Positions 39,295 to 49,406 of a stretch of DNA of 64,000 nucleotides are shown one piece after another. The notes below the pieces were generated by a model, which saw only the letters and a program-made list of their open reading frames with translations, searched no databases and was not told the DNA's origin. This stretch comes from Candidatus Bathyarchaeia archaeon (GTDB lineage Archaea; Thermoproteota; Bathyarchaeia; Bathyarchaeales; Bathycorpusculaceae), in NCBI GenBank assembly GCA_049512935.1, contig JBEKWR010000008.1:1-64000 (forward strand). Direction: 5' to 3'. Position 1 is the first letter of the stretch. The number at the start of each line of letters is the position of its first letter. The translations under genes and the position numbers were made by a program.

Positions 39295-40668
39295 TTATTC
39301 GTCGCTTAATTTGCCGATGATTGGATTGTAGGTTGACGGCTGAGCAATCAGAAGTTGTTGGCTGTCTGCGAGGGAATAGTTTGCAAGGCTTAACGAGGAA
39401 ACAGGTTCCATGAGTGCTTCTTGTACATCGTACGACCCAGAATAGAGGTTGCCTGCGTCGTACCGATACTGAGGCGGGCATTCAGTTCCGTTGGCATTGA
39501 TGACGGGAACTGAATTAATGTAAGCGTAGCTTTGGATCCAACCGTATAGCGTGGTGTTTAATGCAGGGTTAGTTGCCAAAGGTACAAACGGGTTGAACAA
39601 TGTTTGGTTATAGCTTGCTATACCATAGTTAGCGATTACCTGTTGACCTTCATTGGAAACTAGCCAGTTGACAAAAATCATTGAAGCGTTGAAGTTTGTG
39701 TTTGATAGTTTGGCGTTTTGCGGGTTGTCGATTATTGCGCTGTAAACGTTTAGCAGGGATTGTTGCGCTTGAATTTGGATTTGCAGTTGTATATCTCCAT
39801 CGTCATAATAAGCGTAGTATGTTCCCGTATCTGAAAGCGTATATCCGCCGATGTTGCCGTAATAGTTGGCTGCTAGCAGGGTCGGTCCCATGCCTGTGCC
39901 GGTAGATTTGAACCATGAAGTTTGTGTAAGTAGCTGAGTGTAGTTGTAACCTGCAGCCGTCCACAGAGAAATCTCTTTGGTGTTTGTTCCAGAAGCATCG
40001 TCTCTTGAGAACCAAAGCACTTGGCTATTTGGAACTTGCGCTGCGTTGTAGATGTCTATCATAGCTTGAGTAACATTGGTTAAGCCTCTGATGTGTGCGG
40101 GATCACTTGCTGGACCGACTATTACAAAGAAGTTGTAAGCCACGATTTTGCGGTCAACGCCGTAACCACCAGTTAGGAAAGGAAGTTCCTGTGAAGGAGA
40201 ATGAACCAGCAGCATGTCTGCAGATCCTGACTCTGCATCCGTTATGGCAACGCCAGTTCCTACCGCGACAAAGTTGACAGTTATCCACGGGTATTGAGCT
40301 TGGAAAGAATCTTTTATGTCATCTTTAATTGTGGTTCCATTGGCCAAAACTTCTGGTTGGTCTTCTAGTCCTGTATCGTAAAGACTTGTGGTTGTTGCCA
40401 CGGTCAATGTGGTGGGGCTAGGGGTTGGTGTGGGAGAAGGAGTGGGAGAGGGAGATGGCGTGGGCGTTGGGCTTGCGCTCGGTGAAGGTTTTGGCGTCGG
40501 GGATGGGCTGGGAGAAGATGTTGGTGTTTCCGTGGGGGTTGCTGTTGGCTCAGGCGTCGGCTTAGAGTTATTATTTTGGGAGCCCGAGTAGGATATGTAA
40601 GCGAAGACTCCGCCTATTATGATGACGATTAATACGATTGCTGTGATGATTACATATGTGCTTTTCAT
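39295..40668 (-). CDS. tupA: Tungstate-binding protein with N-terminal anchor and PT/PS linker
   Basis: ATTTSLYDTGL (TupA TTTS motif), AVGTG, LVHSP, YN.FVIVGP, SRDDASGT, YTLSD.GT. Confidence 0.9.
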   Translation of the reverse strand: MKSTYVIITAIVLIVIIIGGVFAYISYSGSQNNNSKPTPEPTATPTETPTSSPSPSPTPKPSPSASPTPTPSPSPTPSPTPTPSPTTLTVATTTSLYDTGLEDQPEVLANGTTIKDDIKDSFQAQYPWITVNFVAVGTGVAITDAESGSADMLLVHSPSQELPFLTGGYGVDRKIVAYNFFVIVGPASDPAHIRGLTNVTQAMIDIYNAAQVPNSQVLWFSRDDASGTNTKEISLWTAAGYNYTQLLTQTSWFKSTGTGMGPTLLAANYYGNIGGYTLSDTGTYYAYYDDGDIQLQIQIQAQQSLLNVYSAIIDNPQNAKLSNTNFNASMIFVNWLVSNEGQQVIANYGIASYNQTLFNPFVPLATNPALNTTLYGWIQSYAYINSVPVINANGTECPPQYRYDAGNLYSGSYDVQEALMEPVSSLSLANYSLADSQQLLIAQPSTYNPIIGKLSDE

Positions 40669-40692
40669 TTTTTTTCACTATTTTAGGGAAAA

Positions 40693-40716
40693 CGATATGT
40701 ATATATAAACATAACG
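40693..40716. promoter_or_regulatory. ModE-like operator overlapping the tupA TATA box
   Basis: CGATATGT-ATATATAA-ACATAACG inverted repeat, 7/8 match. Confidence 0.7.
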
Positions 40717-40776
40717 ACAGTTGAGCGCTTAAATCAACACACTGCTCAGCCGCTTCCGCTTTCCAGAGAAACAAAC

Positions 40777-41007
40777 CTATACAGGAGGCTTACTTTCCGC
40801 GGTTAACTCGTTCAGGATCACCAGCGCCTCACCAAGCGGCATTCCCAGCCTCTCCGCGAGCTCATTGGCGGTCACGTCGGGTTTTTGAGGCAAAATGCTT
40901 TCCCGAGTGTAAGCCTTGTGCGTTGGGTACATTACGCTGGCGTGGACTGCCTCGACAAGCAGTTGCCAAAGCGTGTCTTTCGAGTACTGTTCCAAGTTCA
41001 TAAGCAT
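40777..41007 (-). CDS. Small hypothetical protein with C-terminal HTH-like segment
   Basis: 76 aa, VTANELAERLGMPLGEALVIL. Confidence 0.7.
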   Translation of the reverse strand: MLMNLEQYSKDTLWQLLVEAVHASVMYPTHKAYTRESILPQKPDVTANELAERLGMPLGEALVILNELTAESKPPV

Positions 41008-41116
41008 CTAACCATGCATGTGCTATTCTGGTTATTAACGTAGTGCAATGTTAAGGCGAATGGATGCAATAAACTTAATACTTTGCCGCTGCTGCTTGAA
41101 TTGTGGAGGCCAAGTC

Positions 41117-42094
41117 TTGAAGGCTGTTGTTTATCATGGAGCGCACAACATCAGAGTTGAACAGGTTCCAGAGCCCAAAATCAAGGGTAGCAGGGTTCTT
41201 GTTCACTTCAAGGCTGGAAGCATCTGCGGCACCGACATGCACCTGTACAGGGGCGACTGGAAATGGATGAAAAAAGGCAGGATTCTTGGGCATGACGCTT
41301 GGGGAGTTCGCGATGACACTGGCGAACGCGTGGTTATGGTTCCCATTGTGAATTGCGGGCACTGCTACTTTTGCCTTCGAGGACTGCCAACGTACTGCAC
41401 GACAGGCAAGTTTTACGGATTAACACGCGACGGTTTCTTCGCTGAATCCAAAGCCATGCTGCCAAGAAGCCTAATTCCCATACCTGAAACCGTCAGCGAT
41501 GAAGAAGCTGCCATAGTGGAGCCTGTTGCCTTGGCGCTTCGCGTCCTCGATTTCATGAAGCCTAATCTTGGCGATTGGGTAACGATAATTGGGCAGGGAC
41601 CCATCGGCTTGCTCATGACGCAGGTGGCTAAGCTGAAGGGTTGCCGTGTTATCGCGGTTGACCTTGAGGATTACAGGCTTGAATTCAGCCTCAAGTATGG
41701 TGCAGACGCAGTCGTCAACGCCAAGAAAGAAGACTTAGTCAAGGCGGTTAGGAAACTCACAAAGCGCGGGTCAGACCTGGTTATTGAAGCCGCTGGCACA
41801 CGGCAAACGGTTGAGCAAACGCCGTTTTTGGTTAGGAAGGCTGGGAAAGTGGCTTTGGTAGGCGAGTCTAAGGGTTACTTGAATTTGGAAGATGCGGATG
41901 AAGCGTTGTTTTTCACCATTTACATCTCGCCTGTTGAGTACCCGTCGGCTGTGGAGTTAATCGCAAGGAAACTGGTGGACGTGAAAGGCATGATTACGCA
42001 CAGGTTTAAGTTTGGTGAATTTGAGAAAGCCCTTCAAACGGTTGACACTCCATCGGAGAAACCTTTGAAAGTGATAATATCGAGTAGCCTCTAA
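41117..42094 (+). CDS. Zn-dependent alcohol/sugar dehydrogenase (MDR family)
   Basis: ICGTDMH, GHD, CGHCYFC..G...YC, VEP, GQGPIG. Start at TTG 41117. Confidence 0.9.
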   Translation: MKAVVYHGAHNIRVEQVPEPKIKGSRVLVHFKAGSICGTDMHLYRGDWKWMKKGRILGHDAWGVRDDTGERVVMVPIVNCGHCYFCLRGLPTYCTTGKFYGLTRDGFFAESKAMLPRSLIPIPETVSDEEAAIVEPVALALRVLDFMKPNLGDWVTIIGQGPIGLLMTQVAKLKGCRVIAVDLEDYRLEFSLKYGADAVVNAKKEDLVKAVRKLTKRGSDLVIEAAGTRQTVEQTPFLVRKAGKVALVGESKGYLNLEDADEALFFTIYISPVEYPSAVELIARKLVDVKGMITHRFKFGEFEKALQTVDTPSEKPLKVIISSSL

Positions 42095-42275
42095 CTGTTC
42101 AAGCCGTCACTTTTCCTTTTTGCTTGAACTGCCTCCCATTGGGTCCGCTAGATGAGCCAAATTGGTGCATCCAGAAGCGCCTAATAGACATGCAGGTAAG
42201 CGTTATATTGATTGCCAAAAAATCTCAACATTTTATAATGGAATCACGTAAGCTATGCAGTCGAGGAGAGCCGTT

Positions 42276-43073
42276 GTGTGGGAGGCAATTTTGCCCGTTA
42301 TCGGATTCCTTATCGGGCTAGTTTCGGTGATGGTTGGCCTTGGAGGAGGATTTCTAGTTGTACCCCTGTTGACCTTGGTCTACGCTTTCTCCCCAGCAAA
42401 CGCCGTTGGAACCAGCTTAACAACGATTCTGATGACGACGGCTGTTGCCTCAGCGTACTTTTCAAGACAAAAGCAAACTTACTATAAAATGGGTTTAATT
42501 CTGTCGGTAGCCGCGGTGCCCGGCGCGATATTGGGGAGTTTCTTAACAACAGAAGTGCCAGGACAGGTTATAGGTTTGCTTGTCGGTGTTTTCTTGGTTT
42601 TTGTGGCGTGGCAAATGGTCTACAGGAAAGGGACTGCAAATAGTTGTGAAAATTCAGAAGATGATTCTGGTTTTTCTGAAAAAGAACTGCTGTCTAAAAA
42701 AGGACAAGTATTAGTTGGGATCGTTCTCTGCTTCTTTGCAGGTTTAATCGGTGGTTTGCTCAGCATTCCAGGCGTGCTACTGGTACCGATCATGCTTTTG
42801 GTTTTACGGATGCCATTTAAGGCTGTAGCTGCAACTTCGGTTTTCACAATGGTTTTCATTTCGTTGGCAGGTACGGCTCAACACGTCAGTTTGGGAAACA
42901 TAAATGTTGAGTACGCATTGCTTATAGGATCTGGCTCGATGTTTGGAGGGTTACTTGGTGCTCATCTTTGCACAATTACGGAAAACAGAACGTTGCATTG
43001 GGTTTTATGCGGATTACTTCTCTTCATAAGCTTACAGATGTTTTTAAAGTTCGGTTTGGGATTTAATTATTGA
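42276..43073 (+). CDS. TauE/SafE (TSUP) sulfite exporter family
   Basis: GLGGGFLVVP.L, AVGTSL, duplicated halves. Confidence 0.88.
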   Translation: MWEAILPVIGFLIGLVSVMVGLGGGFLVVPLLTLVYAFSPANAVGTSLTTILMTTAVASAYFSRQKQTYYKMGLILSVAAVPGAILGSFLTTEVPGQVIGLLVGVFLVFVAWQMVYRKGTANSCENSEDDSGFSEKELLSKKGQVLVGIVLCFFAGLIGGLLSIPGVLLVPIMLLVLRMPFKAVAATSVFTMVFISLAGTAQHVSLGNINVEYALLIGSGSMFGGLLGAHLCTITENRTLHWVLCGLLLFISLQMFLKFGLGFNY

Positions 43074-43253
43074 TGGCAAATTGATTGGGAAAGCTATCCG
43101 GCAACCTTGTCGTCATCAACGGTTTTCTCATTTTTATGAACCAGTTAAAAATGAATAATTAATAAAATAGCGTGTTGTCGTGCATCTCAGGAAAAAGGAG
43201 CAAACTGCAAAAGTCTTTTATTGATATTCTGTTTAAGTTAGGTAAATACGTAC

Positions 43254-45185
43254 TTGATGAATGAAATGGCCTCTTTTTCAACAAGCAAAGAAAATCTCGG
43301 AAAGAAAACTGAAACTGAACAAACCGGTGCTGAACGCGAGAAAACTGAAGATGCTCTAAAAGAAGCTAGGGAACGAACAGAGTTTGACAGGAAACGCTTG
43401 GAAACCATCTTGGAGACTATTCCTTCGGCTGTGGTCATTATTGATTCACCAAGCGGAAAATTCTCTTTCGTTAACAAACGAGCCATGCAGCTCTACGGTT
43501 TTGACCCGTTAGGTTTTGGCTTGGACGAAAACGTGGCGAAAGTTAAGGCTAGGCGAGCGGACGGAACGGACTACCCGATCGAGGAAATGCCCGTCAGCCG
43601 TTCCTTAAAGTTCGGTCAAGAGGTGCATAAGGAAGAAATGATAATCGAACGCCCCGACGGACAAGCCTTACTTATAGCCGCAAGCACGGCACCACTACGT
43701 GACATGAAAGGCAACATAACTGCAGCCATCGTCGTCTTTGAAGACATAACCGAACGCAAAAAGGCTGAAAAAGACCTGTTTAACCTCGCCAAGTTTCCGT
43801 CAGAAAATCCCTTTGCAGTGCTTAGGATTTACAGGGATGGCACGGTTTTGTATGCAAATGCGGAAAGTCTGCGGCTGCCAAAACCAATCAGGGTAGAGGT
43901 CGGCTGCGTCGTCCGTCCGCTATGGCTTAAGCATGTAGCCGAAGCCTTAACGTCTAACCACAGGTTAGATTTTGAGGAAAGCGCTGAAGGGCGTTGGTTC
44001 GAGTTTAAGGTAGCTCCAATTCTTTCTGAAGGGTACGTCAATATTTACGGATCAGATATCACTAAACGCAAGGAAGCTGAAGAAGCAGCCAGAAAAGGCG
44101 AAGCTGCAACTGTCGCTTCAAAATATGCCAGAAGCCTAATTGAAGCCAGCTTAGACCCTCTTGTAACGATCAGTGCGGAAGGGAAAATAACTGATGTCAA
44201 CGATGCCACAGAATTAGTTACGGGTTGTCCAAGAGCACAACTGATTGGAAGTGATTTTTCAGATTACTTCACTGAACCTGAAAAAGCCAGAGCAGGCTAC
44301 AAGAAAGTTTTCACAGACGGTTTTGTTAAAGATTACCCTTTAGCCATACGTCACAAGTCAGGAAAAATTACAGATGTTTTATACAACGCTACCGTTTACC
44401 AAAATGAAGCTGGAGCGATTCAAGGAGTTTTTGCTGCGGCACGAGACATCACCCAGCGCAAAGCCATGGAGAACGAGCTTAGGCAAACACTTGAAAAACT
44501 CAAGCAATCCAACGCCGAACTAGAGCAGTTTGCCTACGTGGCGTCGCATGACCTGCAGGAACCCCTGCGCATGGTGGCAAGCTACGTCCAATTACTTGAG
44601 CGCAGGTACAAAGGAAAGTTGGACCCTGAAGCTGACGAGTTCATTGCCTACGCAGTGGATGGCGCCAATCGCATGCGAGGATTAATTGACGACCTCCTAA
44701 CCTATTCACGGGTCGGAAGGCTAGGCAAACCGTTTGAGCCGACAAACTTGGAATCAACCTTGACCATCGTTCTTAAGAATCTGCAAGCATCAATCGCAGA
44801 AAACAATGCTACCATAACTCACGACAAACTGCCAGTTGTCAGCGGAGACGAGGGACAACTTGTGCAGCTTTTCCAGAATTTAATCGGCAACGCCATCAAA
44901 TTTCACAGAGAAGAACTCCCATGCGTGCATGTATCAGCCAAGGATAAAGGCGCAGAGTACCAGTTTGCGGTAAGCGACAACGGCATCGGCATAGACCCAC
45001 AGTACTTCGACCGTCTCTTCAAGATTTTCCAGCGCTTGCACACCAGAGAAGAATACCCAGGGTCAGGAATTGGCTTGGCAGTCTGCAAAAAAATCGTGGA
45101 GCGCCACGGGGGACGCATCTGGATTGAATCGCAAGTGGGGAAAGGTTCAACTATTTACTTTACACTCAGTAAAAGGAAGTGGTAA
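43254..45185 (+). CDS. PAS-PAS-PAS sensor histidine kinase (Cph1-type HisKA)
   Basis: Three PAS/PAC blocks ending DIT, FAYVASHDLQEPLR, NLIGNAIKF, DNGIGI, GSGIGL. Confidence 0.93.
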   Translation: MMNEMASFSTSKENLGKKTETEQTGAEREKTEDALKEARERTEFDRKRLETILETIPSAVVIIDSPSGKFSFVNKRAMQLYGFDPLGFGLDENVAKVKARRADGTDYPIEEMPVSRSLKFGQEVHKEEMIIERPDGQALLIAASTAPLRDMKGNITAAIVVFEDITERKKAEKDLFNLAKFPSENPFAVLRIYRDGTVLYANAESLRLPKPIRVEVGCVVRPLWLKHVAEALTSNHRLDFEESAEGRWFEFKVAPILSEGYVNIYGSDITKRKEAEEAARKGEAATVASKYARSLIEASLDPLVTISAEGKITDVNDATELVTGCPRAQLIGSDFSDYFTEPEKARAGYKKVFTDGFVKDYPLAIRHKSGKITDVLYNATVYQNEAGAIQGVFAAARDITQRKAMENELRQTLEKLKQSNAELEQFAYVASHDLQEPLRMVASYVQLLERRYKGKLDPEADEFIAYAVDGANRMRGLIDDLLTYSRVGRLGKPFEPTNLESTLTIVLKNLQASIAENNATITHDKLPVVSGDEGQLVQLFQNLIGNAIKFHREELPCVHVSAKDKGAEYQFAVSDNGIGIDPQYFDRLFKIFQRLHTREEYPGSGIGLAVCKKIVERHGGRIWIESQVGKGSTIYFTLSKRKW

Positions 45186-45189
45186 AAAC

Positions 45190-45630
45190 ATGAATGAAGT
45201 TAGACCTGTCGACATTTTGCTCGTTGAGGACAATCCTGGAGACGTTCGTTTAACCAAAGAAGCCCTAAGAGACGCAAAAGTACTAAACGAAATATATGTC
45301 GCGAAGGACGGCGTTGAAGCCATGGAATTCCTTCATAGAAAAGGCCGATTTTCAAAGGTGCCTTTGCCCGACTTAATACTGCTTGACCTAAACTTGCCGA
45401 GAAAAGATGGCCGCGAAGTGCTGGCTGAAATAAAGGAGCACCCAATCTTAAAACATATCCCAGTTGTAGTGCTGACGACCTCTAAGGCTGAAGAGGACAT
45501 AGTTAAAACGTATAACCTGCATGCGAACGCTTATATTACGAAGCCAGTTGACCTAGACCGTTTTGCAGAAATCATACATGTACTTAACGAGTTTTGGTTC
45601 ACCATAGTTAAACTGCCGCCGAAGGAGTAA
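45190..45630 (+). CDS. Single-domain response regulator (Rcp1-like)
   Basis: ILLVEDNPGD, PDLILLDLNLP.KDG, LTTS, ANAYITKP. Confidence 0.93.
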   Translation: MNEVRPVDILLVEDNPGDVRLTKEALRDAKVLNEIYVAKDGVEAMEFLHRKGRFSKVPLPDLILLDLNLPRKDGREVLAEIKEHPILKHIPVVVLTTSKAEEDIVKTYNLHANAYITKPVDLDRFAEIIHVLNEFWFTIVKLPPKE

Positions 45631-47043
45631 ATTGCGATAAAAATTCTTTTGATTGAGGATAATCCTGGCGATGTGCGCCTAATTCAGGAAATGCTAAAGG
45701 AAGAGAAATTCCCAGCTGAAAATCTCGAGCATGTCGATAGACTTTCAAAAGGGCTTACCCGCATAGCGGAAGGCGGCATAGAGGCTGTTTTATTGGACCT
45801 CGGTTTGCCAGACAGCCAAGGGCTTGCCACTTTTGAAAAAATGCACTCTGCAAGTCTTCAGGTGCCAATCGTGATATTGACTGGAGTGAAAGATGACGCG
45901 CAGGGCGTTGAAGCAGTTCGCAGGGGCGCACAGGATTACCTCAGGAAAGGAAAACTGGATGGACCTCTTTTAGTTCGCGCCATTACTTACGCTGTTGAAC
46001 GTAAAAAACTGGATGAAGCCGTCCAGAGGCAAGCTGCCCTTATTGATCTTAGCCCAGAAGCTATTATCGTGAAAAAGCCTGATGACACCATCACTTTCTG
46101 GAGTTCAGGTGCAGAAAAAGTTTACGGATACACAAAGGAAGAAGCTATTGGGAAAAAAACTCGGGCACTTTTAAAGATAAAATTCGCTTCGCCCTTTGAA
46201 ACCATAGAAGAACAGCTGAAAAAAGAAGGAAAATGGTCGGGCGAGCTTTGCCACGAAACAAAATCTGGGCGTGAGCTGTCAATTCAAAGCTATTGGCTAG
46301 CGAAGTTTGACGAGAAATGTAAGATACTTGAAGTATTCGAGTCGAACGTGGATATAACTGAACGCAAAAATGCTGAGCGGTTAGCTGCTATTGGAGCTAC
46401 GGCAGGCATGGTTGGACATGACATCCGCAACCCCTTGCAAACAATTGCTGGCGAAGTATTTTTGGCGCAGAACGCGTTGAAGGACCTACCAGACGGCGAA
46501 TCCAAAGCAAGCCTCAAGGAAAGCCTCGAGAACATAGAGCACCAGATAGAATATGTAAACAAAATAGTCCAAGACCTTCAAGACTACGCCAAACCAATCA
46601 AGCCGATCTGGAAAGAAATAGACCTGAAGAATGTCTGTGAAGAATTGCTTTCAAAAACAGAAATTCCGCAAAACATTTCAGTTTCTTGCCAAGTTCAGCC
46701 TGACGCTAGACAATTATTTTCTGACCCTGACATATTAAGACGGATTATGGTCAATCTGGTCACTAATGCTGTTCAGGCGATGCCTCACGGTGGAAAACTT
46801 TACATAAGAGCCTTTCTAAGCGACGGCGACACTGTTTTAGCCGTTGACGATACAGGCTGCGGGATTCCCAAGGACGTGGGCGCAAAACTGTTCACGCCTC
46901 TGTTTACGACGAAGGCTAAAGGTCAAGGTTTCGGGTTAGCCGTTGTCAAACGTATGACTGATGCTTTAGGCGGCTCGGTGTACTTTGAAAGCGAAGTGGG
47001 GAAAGGCACAAAATTCTTTGTACGTCTGCCAAAAAGAAATTAA
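45631..47043 (+). CDS. Hybrid REC-PAS-histidine kinase (start uncertain: ATT 45631 or TTG 45649)
   Basis: IKILLIEDNPGD, LLDLGLPDSQG, PAS, GHDIRNPL, NAVQAM, DTGCGI, FTTKAKGQGFGL. Confidence 0.9.
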   Translation: MAIKILLIEDNPGDVRLIQEMLKEEKFPAENLEHVDRLSKGLTRIAEGGIEAVLLDLGLPDSQGLATFEKMHSASLQVPIVILTGVKDDAQGVEAVRRGAQDYLRKGKLDGPLLVRAITYAVERKKLDEAVQRQAALIDLSPEAIIVKKPDDTITFWSSGAEKVYGYTKEEAIGKKTRALLKIKFASPFETIEEQLKKEGKWSGELCHETKSGRELSIQSYWLAKFDEKCKILEVFESNVDITERKNAERLAAIGATAGMVGHDIRNPLQTIAGEVFLAQNALKDLPDGESKASLKESLENIEHQIEYVNKIVQDLQDYAKPIKPIWKEIDLKNVCEELLSKTEIPQNISVSCQVQPDARQLFSDPDILRRIMVNLVTNAVQAMPHGGKLYIRAFLSDGDTVLAVDDTGCGIPKDVGAKLFTPLFTTKAKGQGFGLAVVKRMTDALGGSVYFESEVGKGTKFFVRLPKRN

Positions 47044-47178
47044 GCCTTATTTTTTTGCGATTCAGAACCCAAGTCTTCATGAGACTGCGCAAATTTTTGG
47101 GGATGCATTTTACCGCAAGGTATATTGCTCATAGAGTTAGTGTTAACCCAGTTTCAGATCGTTTAGGAGTCAACATTC

Positions 47179-47865
47179 GTGCCTGTAGAAGCTGTAATAT
47201 TTGATTTAGACGGGACCCTTGCCAACTTCAACTTGGACTTCAAAACCCTGCGGTCAGAAGTCAGAAGCTACCTCATAAGAAAAGGCGTTCCAACTTCGGT
47301 TCTGAACGTTAACGAAAACATGTTCGAAATGCTGGCAAAATCCGAGATTTTCTTCAAGAACGGCGACAAGACAAACTCTACCCACGTATTTGAACAGGTC
47401 CGCACACAAGCTTTCGCAATAGCTGAAAAGTACGAGATGGAGGCTGCCTCAGCTACAAGCCTACAGCCTGGAGCCCTCGAAACCTTGAAAGAGCTGAGGA
47501 AGATGGGGCTGAATCTGGGTTTATGCACGACAAGCAGCGAAAAAGCCGCGAATTACATTCTTCGACGCTTCAAGATTGACGAGTTTTTCAAGATTGTTGT
47601 ATCAAGAGACAAGGTCAAGTACGTTAAGCCGCACACCGAACAGTGCGAAATCGCGCTCAAGGCTTTGGGTGCACATCCGCAAGCAACCGTTTTCGTCGGA
47701 GACAGCGTTGTCGACGTGCAAACCGCCAAAGAACTAAAATCAGTCGCCGTCGGGATACCCACAGGCACAGCCACGTTGGAGCAGCTGAAAAGCCACTCCC
47801 CCAACTACATCATAACCTCGTTAACTGACCTGCCAATCCTCATTAAAGAAATCAACAAGGATTAA
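47179..47865 (+). CDS. HAD-family phosphatase
   Basis: IFDLDGTL, CTTS, KP, VGDS..D. Confidence 0.92.
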   Translation: MPVEAVIFDLDGTLANFNLDFKTLRSEVRSYLIRKGVPTSVLNVNENMFEMLAKSEIFFKNGDKTNSTHVFEQVRTQAFAIAEKYEMEAASATSLQPGALETLKELRKMGLNLGLCTTSSEKAANYILRRFKIDEFFKIVVSRDKVKYVKPHTEQCEIALKALGAHPQATVFVGDSVVDVQTAKELKSVAVGIPTGTATLEQLKSHSPNYIITSLTDLPILIKEINKD

Positions 47866-47991
47866 GCAGTTATTTAGCCCAACTTGTTTACAGTTATCAA
47901 CTTTGATTTTAGCCTGTAGGTTCACATGTTTTACAAGTTTTGAGCCAAAATTTTCCAAATTTTGCCTGCGCTTAAGGAAGGGCGTCTGAAT

Positions 47992-48789
47992 TCAGATATT
48001 ACGCATTAATTGCTTTTCTGTTGTTTGCAGAAATAGAATCTTTTTTATTGCATCCACACCGTTCGGGGTTATGATGTAATCACCTTTATTATCCTCTTGG
48101 GCTATCAGCTTCGAATCAAGAAGTTTTTTAAGGTGAAAAATAAGGTGACCGCCCTTCAACTCCATTGTCTGAGACAATTTAGAGAAATTCTTTTTCCCCT
48201 CGTACAAACTGATAAGAATCTTAAGCCGCACAGGATTAGCTAGTGGCTCAAGCAAATTTTCAACAATAAAAGGAACATCTATAACTTCCTGGCTACGGCT
48301 GTCGGCTTTTTCGACAAGAACAATTGTTTGGAATGCCCTTTTTTCGCGTTTCAATTTTTTCTGAAATTTTGTTTGACAGCTCTCGCATTGCGTGCCTTTA
48401 GCTTTTTCCACCTGATTTCCTATTTGGTTTATTCTTGCGTCTAGGTCAGCCAAAGCCTCTTTTGATCCGCGTGACTTAGCTACCGACAGGATTTCAGCCA
48501 ATTGTTCTCTAAAGTATTCATGACATTTTGTCCTTTTTTCGCAATCAGCATTTAGAAGCTTGCCGATATCTTCATTGGCTTCTTCATTTAGCAGGTCGGC
48601 GTACTGCATTAGGCGGTTTTGTGAGAGTGCCTCTTCTACGGCGCCTAGCCGGTCTTTTAGGATTACGCTTTCGATTCTGCCTAATTCGGTTTTGAGGCTG
48701 CCGACTTCATGCGTTAGTGCGCGAAGAGCTTTAGTTATTTCTTCTTGGTCTGTTTGTTGGTTTTGTTTGGTCGTTTTGGGTACCCACAT
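47992..48789 (-). CDS. ArsR-type winged-helix regulator with N-terminal Cys-containing helical domain
   Basis: C-terminal PLANPVRLKIL..L..G...FS.L....GGHLIFHL..L; upstream Cx5C and CxxC. Confidence 0.8.
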   Translation of the reverse strand: MWVPKTTKQNQQTDQEEITKALRALTHEVGSLKTELGRIESVILKDRLGAVEEALSQNRLMQYADLLNEEANEDIGKLLNADCEKRTKCHEYFREQLAEILSVAKSRGSKEALADLDARINQIGNQVEKAKGTQCESCQTKFQKKLKREKRAFQTIVLVEKADSRSQEVIDVPFIVENLLEPLANPVRLKILISLYEGKKNFSKLSQTMELKGGHLIFHLKKLLDSKLIAQEDNKGDYIITPNGVDAIKKILFLQTTEKQLMRNI

Positions 48790-48863
48790 TTTGGTATATT
48801 ATTGTTACCTAAAACTATATAAAAGTATTTTGTTTAACGTCTCGTAAAGTGGGAGGTGAATAC

Positions 48864-49304
48864 ATGCCAAAAGTGTTAGTAGCATACTATTCCAAAACGG
48901 GAAACACCAAACAAATCGCAGAAGCCATAGCCGAAGGCGCAAAAACCGTCAAAGGAGCCAACGTAGAAATAAAAAACGTTGAAAATCTCACCGCAGCGGA
49001 AGCCGTCACAGCCGACGGATTCGCGTTCGGGTCACCAACGTACTTCAGCATGATGTCAGGTCCCATGCTAACTTTCCTAACAGAACTCTACTTCGTACGC
49101 GAAAAATTAGCTGGGAAAACCATGGTCGCATTCGCAACCGGAGCCGGCAGCCAAACCAAGGCAACAGAAAACATCGAAAGCATACTAAAAGCATTCAACC
49201 CAAAGCAGGTTCTGCCCGGATTAGCCATCGGAAACAAAATCGCAGAAACCGACAAACAGCAAGCAAAGCAACTCGGAGTGAAACTAGCCAAATCCCTCGC
49301 TTAA
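48864..49304 (+). CDS. Flavodoxin-like (WrbA-related) protein
   Basis: AYYSKTGNT..IAEAIAEG, FGSPTY, GGAGGTGA upstream. Confidence 0.88.
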   Translation: MPKVLVAYYSKTGNTKQIAEAIAEGAKTVKGANVEIKNVENLTAAEAVTADGFAFGSPTYFSMMSGPMLTFLTELYFVREKLAGKTMVAFATGAGSQTKATENIESILKAFNPKQVLPGLAIGNKIAETDKQQAKQLGVKLAKSLA

Positions 49305-49406
49305 ACAAAGCCGCCATAACCCGGCCAATCTTTTATTCTTTTTATTTTCGCAACGAAAATCTTGGGTACTGACTTCTAACGAAGGTAGGTATGGGAAAAA
49401 TGCGGG

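Noticed and set aside
40410-40560. Low-complexity GGT/GGG repeats in tupA and at 22320-22420
   Set aside because: Ordinary Pro/Thr/Ser linkers of surface proteins.
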